DNA of 63,967 bases, filler included. It is 5 parts of 5 records of this genome, joined end to end, with 100 filler letters (N's around TTAATTAATTAA, not from the genome) between each part and the next. Parts side by side here need not be neighbours in the genome. Positions count along the whole stretch, not along the records: positions 1 to 17,576 come from SRR22947725_1544; 4 more parts are not named here. One strand, written 5' to 3'. The position numbers and the translations under genes were made by a program. The notes beneath the pieces are model-generated. The model was not told where the DNA came from. It worked only from the letters and a program-made list of their open reading frames with translations, and did no database searches. Shown here one piece after another: positions 1 through 9,295 of this stretch. Numbering within the stretch: the stretch's first letter is position 1; each line of letters starts with the position of its first letter.

Positions 1-2
1 TT

Positions 3-32
3 AAAAAGCCCAGTTTACTGGGCTTTTTTTTT
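3..32. terminator. Intrinsic (likely bidirectional) terminator hairpin
   Basis: AAAAA-GCCCAG-ttta-CTGGGC-TTTTTTTTT: GC stem flanked by A- and T-tracts. Confidence 0.8.
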
Positions 33-48
33 ACTTCATACTTAACTA

Positions 49-522
49 ATGCAAAAACTTCCATATATATCAGAGTCAATAATAGTTTCTAAAGAAATGT
101 GTGATCATAACGGCCACATGAATGTTAATTACTACTACAAACTTTTTGATAGTGTTTATACAGAAATGTATTTTATTGATCTCGGCTTTGATGATGCATA
201 CTTAAAAAGTGGCTTCTCAACATTTACACTCGAAGATAGTATTAGATATTTAAAAGAATTTAGGCTTGATAACAAGGTTTATCCTTCATTTCACTTAACT
301 AATGTAAATAAAAAACTTCTTCATTTTGTTGGCGTTCTTCATAACGAAAAAAATGAGTTAGCTGCAATATTTGAAACTGTTCTTGCACATATGGACCTAA
401 ATGCTCGTAAAGTGACTGAATTTAGTCCCGAAAGGCTTAAAAACCTTTTAGACTACAAAAATACTAATACTCTTCAGGAAAGTCTGCCTTTTGATTTGAG
501 GCTTAAAATAAAAGATCTTTAA
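49..522 (+). CDS. Acyl-CoA thioesterase (4HBT/hot-dog fold family)
   Basis: 157 aa with DHNGHMNVNYY (D-x-x-G-H-x-N-x-x-Y thioesterase motif). Confidence 0.8.
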   Translation: MQKLPYISESIIVSKEMCDHNGHMNVNYYYKLFDSVYTEMYFIDLGFDDAYLKSGFSTFTLEDSIRYLKEFRLDNKVYPSFHLTNVNKKLLHFVGVLHNEKNELAAIFETVLAHMDLNARKVTEFSPERLKNLLDYKNTNTLQESLPFDLRLKIKDL

Positions 523-1521
523 ATGAAACTCCACAAATATATACTTCTATTAATCTTATTAATGGTTCAGTTACCTGATGCTAAAGAAATTAGTGTCATG
601 TCTTTAAATGCTCAAAATTTATTTGATACTATTAATGATTCAGGCAAAGATGACAAGGCTTTTCTGCCAATAGAAAAAAAAGAATCCTTTGAACATAAAA
701 ATTCATGTAATAACATAAGCGTGAAAGCTTGGAGAATGGAATGTTTATATCAAGATTGGAATGAAGAAACCAAGAATGCAAAACTTAATAATTTAGTTAA
801 AATAATTCTTTCTTACAATGAACATGGTGCTGATATTTTAGGCCTTCAAGAGATTGAAAATATCAATATATTAGAGCAACTTTTCAATTTACTAAAACCT
901 CATGGGTATATAGATTTTCATTTATTAGAGAGTAATGATAAAAGGGGAGTTGATACAGCATTTATTGCAAAATATAAAATTTCAAATCCTAAACTTCACT
1001 ATGTAGAGTTTTCCTCTGATTTTGAAACAATTGATACAAGGCCGGTTTTTGAAGTTGATATTATAGTTAAAGAACAAATTGTTAAATTTTATAATGTTCA
1101 TTTTCCCTCAAACTTCCATCCAGTTGATATGAGAATCGAGTCTTTTAAAAAATTAAAGGAACTAGTTACTAAACACAACCATCCATCGGTTGCTTTAGGT
1201 GATTTTAATCTTACTAATAAAGATAACAAAAAATATAATGTTTATGCCAATCAAGAAGATGTTTGGTATGTAGCTCATAGAGAAGGGTGTTCTGAGTGTA
1301 AAGGAACATATTATTATGGTAGAGGTAAGTCATGGGATTTTTTAGACACCATAATGGTTTCTAAAAAAAGAGGAATTGAATTTAATAAATCATCGATTGA
1401 TGTTTTTATTACAGAATTTAATACTTATAAAGATACGGGTAGACCCTATAGGTTTGATTCTAAAAATAAAAAAGGTATTTCTGACCATTTTCCAATGGTT
1501 GCAAAAATTACCCTAGATTAA
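523..1521 (+). CDS. Secreted endonuclease/exonuclease/phosphatase (EEP) family protein
   Basis: N-terminal hydrophobic signal; motifs SLNAQNLFD, DILGLQEIEN, NVHFPS, GDFN, D-x-I, SDHFP. Confidence 0.85.
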   Translation: MKLHKYILLLILLMVQLPDAKEISVMSLNAQNLFDTINDSGKDDKAFLPIEKKESFEHKNSCNNISVKAWRMECLYQDWNEETKNAKLNNLVKIILSYNEHGADILGLQEIENINILEQLFNLLKPHGYIDFHLLESNDKRGVDTAFIAKYKISNPKLHYVEFSSDFETIDTRPVFEVDIIVKEQIVKFYNVHFPSNFHPVDMRIESFKKLKELVTKHNHPSVALGDFNLTNKDNKKYNVYANQEDVWYVAHREGCSECKGTYYYGRGKSWDFLDTIMVSKKRGIEFNKSSIDVFITEFNTYKDTGRPYRFDSKNKKGISDHFPMVAKITLD

Positions 1522-1522
1522 G

Positions 1523-1921
1523 TTATTTTCTCCAACCGCCTCTATCGAAAATTCTTAAATAGGTTAACTGGTCATGTTCGGAGAGATTAATAACTTTACA
1601 GTAGTCTCCAGATTGAACTAAAACCACATCACCTGCAGTTAAATCATAAGAGTCTTTGTGCTCAACTCCATATGATGGATCAGATCCATGGCCTTCATCT
1701 GAATTCATGTACTCTACGACTTCCATGGAGCCTCTCCCATTAGTTATTACATAGACAACATCTGAATCTATCAGTTTATGGCCTTGTGTGCACTTGCCAG
1801 GCTGAATAACTGTTTTACTTGCTATAACCCTCTCGAGTAAATCATTAGTCCACACTGCATAGTCCTCATTAACGTTATGAGGTGATCCGCCAACTCTGAA
1901 ATTATTATATTTTTTTGCCAT
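1523..1921 (-). CDS. Cupin-domain protein with degenerate metal-binding residues
   Basis: PGKCTQGH...VYVITNGRG and AGDVVLVQSGDYCKVIN follow the cupin motif 1/2 pattern. Confidence 0.7.
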   Translation of the reverse strand: MAKKYNNFRVGGSPHNVNEDYAVWTNDLLERVIASKTVIQPGKCTQGHKLIDSDVVYVITNGRGSMEVVEYMNSDEGHGSDPSYGVEHKDSYDLTAGDVVLVQSGDYCKVINLSEHDQLTYLRIFDRGGWRK

Positions 1922-2017
1922 AATTTTTTATATATGTATTTTTATACAATTATAGTTATTTAAGCTAAACATGCCAGTAAATAGTATCTTAGCCTGTTGT
2001 TATTGGTAGATATAAAA

Positions 2018-2023
2018 TATAAT
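2018..2023 (+). promoter_or_regulatory. Sigma70 -10 element for the metY leader
   Basis: Perfect TATAAT placed so that transcription would start at about the 5' edge of the riboswitch. Confidence 0.6.
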
Positions 2024-2026
2024 GTG

Positions 2027-2077
2027 TTAGCGCTTATTTGATATCAGCTTGCCGGCGCTAAAAAATAGGCTAAAGAG
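2027..2077 (+). ncRNA. SAM-II/SAM-V class riboswitch (H-type pseudoknot)
   Basis: P1 TTAGCGC(2027-2033)/GCGCTAA(2055-2061); loop ATTTG; pseudoknot AGCTTG(2046-2051)/TAGGCT(2066-2071) followed by AAAG; lies upstream of metY. Confidence 0.8.
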
Positions 2078-2140
2078 AACTTGTAACTATATTCTCCCAG
2101 TTGATGTTTTAATTTATTATTAATATATATAGGAAATATT

Positions 2141-3433
2141 ATGAGCAAAACATACACAAACCCAGAAACTATAGGTCTTCATGCAGGATGGAGAAAAGAT
2201 GAAAATACGAATTCAGTAGCAGTACCAATTCATCAAACAACAAGCTTCCAATTTGACGATACAGAGCATGCAGCAAACCTATTTGCTTTGTCTGAACTTG
2301 GTAATATTTATTCAAGGATTATGAACCCAACATGTGCTGTCTTGGAAGATAGGATTGCAGCTCTTGAGGGCGGTGTAGGAGCATTGGCAGTTGCATCAGG
2401 TCAAGCAGCTTCAGCCTATGCAATTCAAAATATAGCAAAGAATGGTGACAATATTGTTGCTTCAGCACATCTTTACGGAGGAACATACAACCAGTTTAAA
2501 AATGTTTTTTCAGATATGGGCATTGAGGTAAGATTTGTTGACCCTTCAGATCCACAAAATTTTGCCAATGCAACAGATGATAAAACAAGAGCCTATTATG
2601 GTGAGGTTTTACCTAATCCAAGTTTTGAAGTATTTCCGATATCTGAAGTAGCTGAAATAGGAAGACCTTTAGGCATTCCATTGATAGTTGATAATACAGC
2701 GGCCCCGGTTATTTGTAAGCCATTTGATCATGGCGCAGCAGTTGTGATTCATTCAACAACAAAATTTATCGGGGGTCATGGAACATCAATCGGGGGAATT
2801 ATTGTTGATAGCGGTAATTTTGATTGGGAAGCTTTCCCTGAAAGACAGCCTGCACTAAATAACCCAGATCCATCATATGGTGGTGCAATTTGGACAGAAG
2901 CAGTTAAGCCTTTAGGTCCAATTGCTTACATACTTAAGGCTAGAACAACTATTTTAAGAGATATGGGTGCAGCCATGAGCCCATTTAATGCATTTATGTT
3001 CATTCAAGGCCTAGAGACATTAGCACTTAGAATGAGAGAGCATTCAAGCAATGCTGAAAAAGTAGCAGAATATCTTTCAAATCATGATTCTGTGGAAAGA
3101 GTGAGCTATCCATCCCATATGGAGGGTTATGCAAAAGAAAGGGCAGATAAATATTTATCTAAAGGTAATGGAGGTCTCATGGGTTTTGAAATTAAAGGTG
3201 GAATTGAGGCAGGTAAGAAATTTATTAATGCCTTAGAGATGGTCTATCATGTTGCAAATATTGGTGACTCTCGAAGTCTAGCAATTCATCCTGGAAGTAC
3301 AACTCACAGCCAGCTTAATGAAGAAGAGTTATTAGCTGCTGGTATAACTCCTGGATATGTAAGGCTTTCCATCGGATTGGAGCATGTTGACGATATAATC
3401 GCTGACTTTGAACAAGCTTTAGCAAAGATATAG
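2141..3433 (+). CDS. metY: O-acetylhomoserine aminocarboxypropyltransferase / sulfhydrylase
   Basis: YSRIMNPT, ASGQAA, VDNT, PLP-lysine motif HSTTKFIGGHG, HVANIGD, RLSIGLEH; 430 aa. Confidence 0.92.
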   Translation: MSKTYTNPETIGLHAGWRKDENTNSVAVPIHQTTSFQFDDTEHAANLFALSELGNIYSRIMNPTCAVLEDRIAALEGGVGALAVASGQAASAYAIQNIAKNGDNIVASAHLYGGTYNQFKNVFSDMGIEVRFVDPSDPQNFANATDDKTRAYYGEVLPNPSFEVFPISEVAEIGRPLGIPLIVDNTAAPVICKPFDHGAAVVIHSTTKFIGGHGTSIGGIIVDSGNFDWEAFPERQPALNNPDPSYGGAIWTEAVKPLGPIAYILKARTTILRDMGAAMSPFNAFMFIQGLETLALRMREHSSNAEKVAEYLSNHDSVERVSYPSHMEGYAKERADKYLSKGNGGLMGFEIKGGIEAGKKFINALEMVYHVANIGDSRSLAIHPGSTTHSQLNEEELLAAGITPGYVRLSIGLEHVDDIIADFEQALAKI

Positions 3434-3440
3434 AATAATT

Positions 3441-3974
3441 TTGAGCCAAGAATTAGTTACTTACATAGTTCTTGGCTCAAAAACTAGGCTCAAAGGTACA
3501 AAACTACCTCCAAATAATAAATACGAAGAGTATTTGCATCTCAATTTTGATACAAAAAATGATATTGAGAAGAGTCTTGACGACTTAATTGCATTTTCTA
3601 AGGGCGAGTTGATCGTATTACTTCCTCCATCTTCTTTTCCAAATACTCAAGCCAAAGAGGCACTAAAAAAAATAGCTTTAATAGGCTTGTCATCATGGGG
3701 ATGGTTTGAATTTAATTTAAAGAAAAAAAATTTTCTACAAAGCGTAAAAAAGATTAATACCTTGATCAGAAGTATTCCAGATTTGGAACAAGGAATTTAT
3801 TTTTCTAAGAGTTTATATTTTTCAGTTGGCGGAATTGGATCTTTTAATACAGCTCCATTCTCTGAAATTGCAAAAAGACTTTATTCAAGAATTGATCCAC
3901 AAAAACCTCTTTCACCACTTATAATAAGAACAAAAAATCTTACACTAGATTTCTATAATGCATCCAAAAGTTAA
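3441..3974 (+). CDS. Divergent, probably inactive glycosyltransferase family 2-like protein
   Basis: SKGELIVLL...WGWF...EQGIYFSKSLYFSVGG resembles the GT2 (TIGR04283-like) C-terminal pattern but lacks the DxD-like motif; TTG start. Confidence 0.45.
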   Translation: MSQELVTYIVLGSKTRLKGTKLPPNNKYEEYLHLNFDTKNDIEKSLDDLIAFSKGELIVLLPPSSFPNTQAKEALKKIALIGLSSWGWFEFNLKKKNFLQSVKKINTLIRSIPDLEQGIYFSKSLYFSVGGIGSFNTAPFSEIAKRLYSRIDPQKPLSPLIIRTKNLTLDFYNASKS

Positions 3975-4536
3975 AGCAACAAACCTAAGTTATAAAATTA
4001 ATGAAAAGAAATTATTTCAAAATATTTCCTTTGAGCTTATGGCAGGAAAAGCTATTCATATCCAGGGAGATAATGGTTCTGGTAAGACAACTCTTTTAAA
4101 AATTATATGCGGCTTAACAAATCAAGTTAAGGGTGAAATAGAAAAAAAACTTGATAAACAAATATGTTTTTTAGGGCATAAAAATGCCTTAAAACAGTAT
4201 CTCACAGTAGAGGAAAACTTATCGCTTCTTAATATAATTAATCACCCAGACCTCAAACAGCACCTTATTGAATTTAAACTGGATAAAAGTCTTGATATAA
4301 ACCTATCAAGCCTGTCTTTTGGTCAGCAAAAAAAGATTGCTCTATTAAGAGTCTTTTTAAATAATTCTGATCTAATTATTCTAGATGAGCCATGTGTAGG
4401 CTTAGATAATCAATCTCAAAATTACTTATGTAGATTCTTAAATAAAGAGTTAAAGCTTGAAAAGTCAATTTTGTTTTCTTCGCATATTTCGTTAGACATC
4501 AATTCAGAAAAATTAAATTTAAGTAACCAAGTATGA
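3958..4536 (+). CDS. ccmA: Heme export ABC transporter ATP-binding protein
   Basis: Walker A GDNGSGKTT, FLGHKNALK, LSFGQQKK, ILDEP; first gene of the ccm cluster. Confidence 0.9.
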   Translation: MHPKVKATNLSYKINEKKLFQNISFELMAGKAIHIQGDNGSGKTTLLKIICGLTNQVKGEIEKKLDKQICFLGHKNALKQYLTVEENLSLLNIINHPDLKQHLIEFKLDKSLDINLSSLSFGQQKKIALLRVFLNNSDLIILDEPCVGLDNQSQNYLCRFLNKELKLEKSILFSSHISLDINSEKLNLSNQV

Positions 4537-5180
4537 ATATAATAAAATTTGAATTACTTAAACTTAGAAGTAAATCTAGAGGATGGCTTGGACCTATTTT
4601 GGTATTTATTTTAATAATGGTTGCCTTCCCTTTGACTGTGGAAATATCTAACAAAGATTTAGGTAAGTCATTTTTTGCAGTTTTATGGATAGCGATACTT
4701 CTTGTAATGATGCTGGCAACTGAAGATATTTTTTTAGAAGACTTTAATGATGGTTCTTTGGAGCAGTTTGCAATTTCAAATATTAGTTTGCCTTATATTA
4801 TTGCTGTGAAAATTTTTATTTATTGGTTATTAATAGGGGTGCCTATATCTATTATTGGATCTTTGTTTTGTTTGGGTTTTACTAACTCAAGTAATCTTGC
4901 TATTAATATATTTCCTATTTTGCTTATAACATCATATATATTTATTAATGTTTTTAGTTTTGGAAATGCCTTAAGTCTTACGAAGGGGTCGGTTCTTGGC
5001 ACCCTAGTAACATTACCATTATTACTTCCATTACTCATTGTTTTGGGGAAAGCTGTTATTTCTATTAATCTTAATTTAAATTATTTGGGTTTTGTTGCTC
5101 TGCTTTTAGGCGTCTTATCGATTATAATATTTTTAATTCCATTAATTATTTCTTATATTATTAGAGCTCACTTAGAATAA
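4533..5180 (+). CDS. ccmB: Heme exporter permease
   Basis: FLEDFNDGSLEQ motif, LPLLLPLLI, multiple TM segments. Confidence 0.9.
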   Translation: MNIIKFELLKLRSKSRGWLGPILVFILIMVAFPLTVEISNKDLGKSFFAVLWIAILLVMMLATEDIFLEDFNDGSLEQFAISNISLPYIIAVKIFIYWLLIGVPISIIGSLFCLGFTNSSNLAINIFPILLITSYIFINVFSFGNALSLTKGSVLGTLVTLPLLLPLLIVLGKAVISINLNLNYLGFVALLLGVLSIIIFLIPLIISYIIRAHLE

Positions 5181-5206
5181 TTTTTGGTCATAGAGAATAT
5201 CTTATT

Positions 5207-5938
5207 GTGATAAAAAAATTTATACATCAATTTGCTTCGCCTAAGACCTACATGTATCAGGTAGATAGGGCTTATTCGTATATTTTCTATATCTCATTGG
5301 TATTGTATTTGGTTTCTATTTTTTGGGGGCTATTTGTTACTCCAGAAGACTTTGTGCAAGGTAATTCATATAGGATTATTTATCTTCATGTACCTGCTTC
5401 TTTTATTTCTCAATCTTTGTACATTGCAATGGCGATAGCTAGTGCTATTTTTCTTATATGGAAAGTTAAACTTTCAGCATATCTAGTAAGAGCTATAGCT
5501 CCCATTGGTGCTACTACAACATTTATAGCACTAATTTCAGGATCAATATGGGGAATACCCACATGGGGAACTTGGTGGGTTTGGGATGCAAGAATTGTGT
5601 CCACTTTGATACTATTTATTATGTATCTTGGCTTAATATCTTTGCATGATTCGTTTAGTAATCACGAAAAAGCAGATAAGTTTCTTTCAATATTAGTTCT
5701 TGTTGGCTCAGTAAATATTCCAATCATTAAAATGTCTGTGGAGTGGTGGAGCACCCTTCATCAACCAGCATCAATAACAATATCAGATAAACCTGCTATA
5801 GATTTAGTTATGCTGTATCCACTATTTGGTTCGATAGTTGGTTTTGCTGGAATAGTCACGTGCTTAGTTATTCTTTCATCAAAATTACAGATACTGAGAA
5901 GAGAAAGAAATAAATCATGGATAAAAAACTATGTTTAA
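5207..5938 (+). CDS. ccmC: Heme exporter/chaperone-loading protein
   Basis: IIYLHVP, WWD motif WGIPTWGTWWVWDAR, WWSTLHQ. Confidence 0.95.
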   Translation: MIKKFIHQFASPKTYMYQVDRAYSYIFYISLVLYLVSIFWGLFVTPEDFVQGNSYRIIYLHVPASFISQSLYIAMAIASAIFLIWKVKLSAYLVRAIAPIGATTTFIALISGSIWGIPTWGTWWVWDARIVSTLILFIMYLGLISLHDSFSNHEKADKFLSILVLVGSVNIPIIKMSVEWWSTLHQPASITISDKPAIDLVMLYPLFGSIVGFAGIVTCLVILSSKLQILRRERNKSWIKNYV

Positions 5939-6104
5939 TTTTGAATTTAACTCCTTGGCTGAGGCCTTTTTAATGCAAAGTCAAAATGGTCAAAATCATG
6001 GTATTTTTGTTTGGACTGTCCTCATAATTGTTTTCGTATCCATTTTAGCTACATTTATTTTCTATAAAATGAGTATTAAAAAAATCACTAAGAAATTAAA
6101 ATGA
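5931..6104 (+). CDS. ccmD: Heme exporter protein D (57 aa, absent from the ORF track)
   Basis: Manual translation MFNFEFNSLAEAFLMQSQNGQNHGIFVWTVLIIVFVSILATFIFYKMSIKKITKKLK; single TM, basic tail, overlaps ccmC stop and ccmE start. Confidence 0.85.
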   Translation: MFNFEFNSLAEAFLMQSQNGQNHGIFVWTVLIIVFVSILATFIFYKMSIKKITKKLK

Positions 6105-6505
6105 AAGCTATTAGAAAACAAAGATTAATAACAGTTTTATTAATTTTAGCTACCTCAGCAACTGGCTCATTTTTAATTATTCGTGCTCTTGATTCTAATC
6201 TAGATTTTTTCTTTACACCCTCTGAAATATATAAAGAAGAAATACCTAACAACAAAAGAATTAAAGTTGGCGGTATGGTTTTAGAAGGCTCTGTTCTTAG
6301 AGACAAGACAAATATTTCTTTTGTAATAACAGATTACCAGGGATCAATAAGTGTTGAGTTTGATGGCATTGTCCCAGATTTGTTTAAAGAGGGTAGCGGT
6401 GTTGTTGTTCTGGGCTATTTAAGAGATAAAACTTTAGTAGCAGAAGATGTTTTAGCAAAACATGATGAAAATTACATGCCTCCAAGCATCGATATAAAAA
6501 ATTAA
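6101..6505 (+). CDS. ccmE: Heme chaperone
   Basis: VGGMV, PDLFKEG, heme-binding LAKHDENYMPP. Confidence 0.95.
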   Translation: MKAIRKQRLITVLLILATSATGSFLIIRALDSNLDFFFTPSEIYKEEIPNNKRIKVGGMVLEGSVLRDKTNISFVITDYQGSISVEFDGIVPDLFKEGSGVVVLGYLRDKTLVAEDVLAKHDENYMPPSIDIKN

Positions 6506-8401
6506 ATGTTAATAGAGATAGCCCATTTCCTTTCCATTCTTTCAACAGGATTATTTTTTATATGCTTTATCTTTTCATTCTTTTTAAACTCTAAAGATAT
6601 ATTTATTATTAACCTAGTTTCTAGAATATACTCACACAGTTTTTTTATATTTTTATCCTCATTCTTTGTATATGTTTGGTTAGCAATAAGTGATAACTTT
6701 AGTGTTTTATATATTGCTCAACACTCCAATATTAATCTTCCAGTTTTTTATAAACTTTCATCTATTTGGAGCGCTCATGAGGGCTCAATGTTTCTTTGGA
6801 TTATTTTCTTAACATCATGGGGCGCTGTATACAATTTATCGACTTCTAATGATCAACTTTTAAAGGCAAGAACGCTTGGAGTCATATCAATAACGTCTGT
6901 TGGATTTTTATTATTTTTATTATTAACATCAAATCCATTTGAAACTATTCTTCCTGTGCCTCCAGAAAATGGTGCTGATATCAATCCAGTTTTGCAAGAC
7001 CCGCTTTTGGCAATTCATCCTCCCATGTTATATATGGGTTATGTTGGCTTTGTAATAGCTTTTGGACAGGCTATAGCATTTTTATTTGAAGGTAAGCCAG
7101 AAATTAAATGGGAAAAGCAAGTTAGATCCTGGTCACTTGCTTCATGGTCTTTTCTTACTCTAGGGATTGCACTGGGTAGTTGGTGGGCATATTACGAACT
7201 TGGCTGGGGAGGGTACTGGTTTTGGGACCCAGTTGAAAATGTTGCCTTGATGCCTTGGCTTGCAGCAACTGCGTTTGTTCATTCTTTAAGTGCGTCTTCA
7301 AAATCATCTATTTTAAGAATATGGACATTATTGCTATCAATTCTTGTCTTCTCTTTAAGTTTATTTGGAGCTTTCATAGTTAGATCTGGGATCATTGATA
7401 GTGTTCATTCGTTTGCAAATGATCCTGAAAGAGGATTATATCTTCTTGCATTTATCGGACTTCTTGTAATGGTTTCTTTATTACTCTTCTCATTTAGATT
7501 TAATCTCCTCCTTTCAAATAAAAAGATTGCCTCTTTATCAAAAGAATCATTTTTATCGCTAAATAATATCTTCTTTGGAACGTTAATTTTTTCAACAATG
7601 CTAGGCGTCTTGTACCCTTTAATATATGAATTTATATATAATCAAAAGATAAGTGTCGGAGCTCCTTTTTATAACGCAATTTTTGTACCTATAACCTTAA
7701 TAGCATGTATTTTTTTATACTTTTCAATTGATTCAAAATGGCAGCAGAGCTTAAATATAAAATCGCTTTTTCAGCCCCTACCTATATCACTAACATTTTC
7801 AGCAACGATAGTTATCCTAGCTTTTTTTCAGTTTTCAATAACTAATTTGTGGACTTTAGCATCATTGCTAATAGGCTCAATAATTATCATACGATATATG
7901 ATTGTGATTTATTTTTACTTTGTGTACAGAAAGTTTACCAATATCTTCAGCGTTATCGCACATTGTGGCTTGGGTCTCTTAATAATATCGATAGCTTTAA
8001 ATGACAATCTAAGTTCTGAAAGGGCTTTAAATATCAAAATCAATGAAACAGAAATATATAAAGACCATCAAATAACTTTAAAAAACTTGAGAATGGTTCC
8101 TGGACCAAATTTTGATTCTGTAAAAGCAGACTTTTTAATAGAAAATCCAAATGGAAAAACTTTCACCTTAACCCCAGAGAAAAGAAAATATTTTGCTCGA
8201 GGACAAGTGACTACAGAAACTGCTATTCATGCATCTTTTTTAAAAGATATTTATCTAACAATTGGTGACCAGCTTGATGACGGAAGTTGGGTTGTAAATA
8301 TTCAATTTAATATATTTATTAGATGGATATGGTTTTCTGCAATCATGATGGTGGTTGCGGGGTTGTTGCTTGCTCACTCTTTATCGAGATCAAGGCCATG
8401 A
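6506..8401 (+). CDS. ccmF: Cytochrome c heme lyase subunit
   Basis: WSAHEGS, LAIHPP, WAYYELGWGGYWFWDPVEN, SVHSFA. Confidence 0.96.
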   Translation: MLIEIAHFLSILSTGLFFICFIFSFFLNSKDIFIINLVSRIYSHSFFIFLSSFFVYVWLAISDNFSVLYIAQHSNINLPVFYKLSSIWSAHEGSMFLWIIFLTSWGAVYNLSTSNDQLLKARTLGVISITSVGFLLFLLLTSNPFETILPVPPENGADINPVLQDPLLAIHPPMLYMGYVGFVIAFGQAIAFLFEGKPEIKWEKQVRSWSLASWSFLTLGIALGSWWAYYELGWGGYWFWDPVENVALMPWLAATAFVHSLSASSKSSILRIWTLLLSILVFSLSLFGAFIVRSGIIDSVHSFANDPERGLYLLAFIGLLVMVSLLLFSFRFNLLLSNKKIASLSKESFLSLNNIFFGTLIFSTMLGVLYPLIYEFIYNQKISVGAPFYNAIFVPITLIACIFLYFSIDSKWQQSLNIKSLFQPLPISLTFSATIVILAFFQFSITNLWTLASLLIGSIIIIRYMIVIYFYFVYRKFTNIFSVIAHCGLGLLIISIALNDNLSSERALNIKINETEIYKDHQITLKNLRMVPGPNFDSVKADFLIENPNGKTFTLTPEKRKYFARGQVTTETAIHASFLKDIYLTIGDQLDDGSWVVNIQFNIFIRWIWFSAIMMVVAGLLLAHSLSRSRP

Positions 8402-8928
8402 CTATTTTTATTAGATTTATAATAATTAGCACCGCTTTAATGTTTTTTACATTTTTTTATCTATACATAAACGATAATAAATACTACCCAGGAGCAGATT
8501 TCACTACTTCTAATATGCCGGATTTTGAGATTAAAGATTTATATTCTGAAAGAGTTTTTAGTGTTAAAGATTTAAATGGTAGCTATTTAATTAATGTTTG
8601 GGCTAGCTGGTGTATAACGTGTCGAATAGAGCATAGTTTTTTAGCTAAATTGGAATCTAACAATATACCAATTATTGGCCTTAATTATAAAGATGAAAAA
8701 GATGACGCTATAAATTGGATAACAAAGTTTGGTGACCCATATAAGTATATTATTCATGATTACAAAGGAGAGCTTGCTTTAGACCTTGGAGTCACTGGCG
8801 CGCCAGAAACATTTTTATTAAATGATGGAAAAATTATTGTTCATTATAGAGGTGAGGTGAATGACATGATTTGGAATGATGTATTCAAGCCCATTATTAT
8901 GAAGGAGAATATCTTTAATGCTAATTAA
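8398..8928 (+). CDS. ccmG: Thiol:disulfide interchange protein DsbE/CcmG
   Basis: NVWASWCITC, GLNYKD, GVTGAPETF; ATG overlapping ccmF stop chosen as start. Confidence 0.92.
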   Translation: MTIFIRFIIISTALMFFTFFYLYINDNKYYPGADFTTSNMPDFEIKDLYSERVFSVKDLNGSYLINVWASWCITCRIEHSFLAKLESNNIPIIGLNYKDEKDDAINWITKFGDPYKYIIHDYKGELALDLGVTGAPETFLLNDGKIIVHYRGEVNDMIWNDVFKPIIMKENIFNAN

Positions 8929-9295
8929 GATCTTTTTATTTTTCTCAATAATATTTTCTAGCTTCACTGTAGGTGAATCTCTCTATGAGTTTGATAGCAT
9001 TGAAGATGAAAAAAGATTTTATACATTAATAAAAGAAATTAGGTGTCCAAAATGCACAAGCGGCTCTTTGGCCAGTTCAAATGCACCGGTTTCTGAAGAT
9101 ATAAAATCAAAAATAATACAGTTGATAAAAGAGGGAAAATCAGATCAAGAAATAAAAGAATTTTTATCTGACAGGTTTGGCAATCAGGTTTTATATAACC
9201 CAGGTTTAAGCAAAGACACATACTTTCTTTGGTTTGCACCAGGTTTGTTTTTAATACTAATTCTTCTTTTTTTCTTTTTCAGAAAAAGAGCATAA
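8918..9295 (+). CDS. ccmH: Cytochrome c biogenesis protein CcmH
   Basis: IRCPKC motif, RFGNQVLYNP, C-terminal LWFAP TM. Confidence 0.92.
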   Translation: MLIKIFLFFSIIFSSFTVGESLYEFDSIEDEKRFYTLIKEIRCPKCTSGSLASSNAPVSEDIKSKIIQLIKEGKSDQEIKEFLSDRFGNQVLYNPGLSKDTYFLWFAPGLFLILILLFFFFRKRA

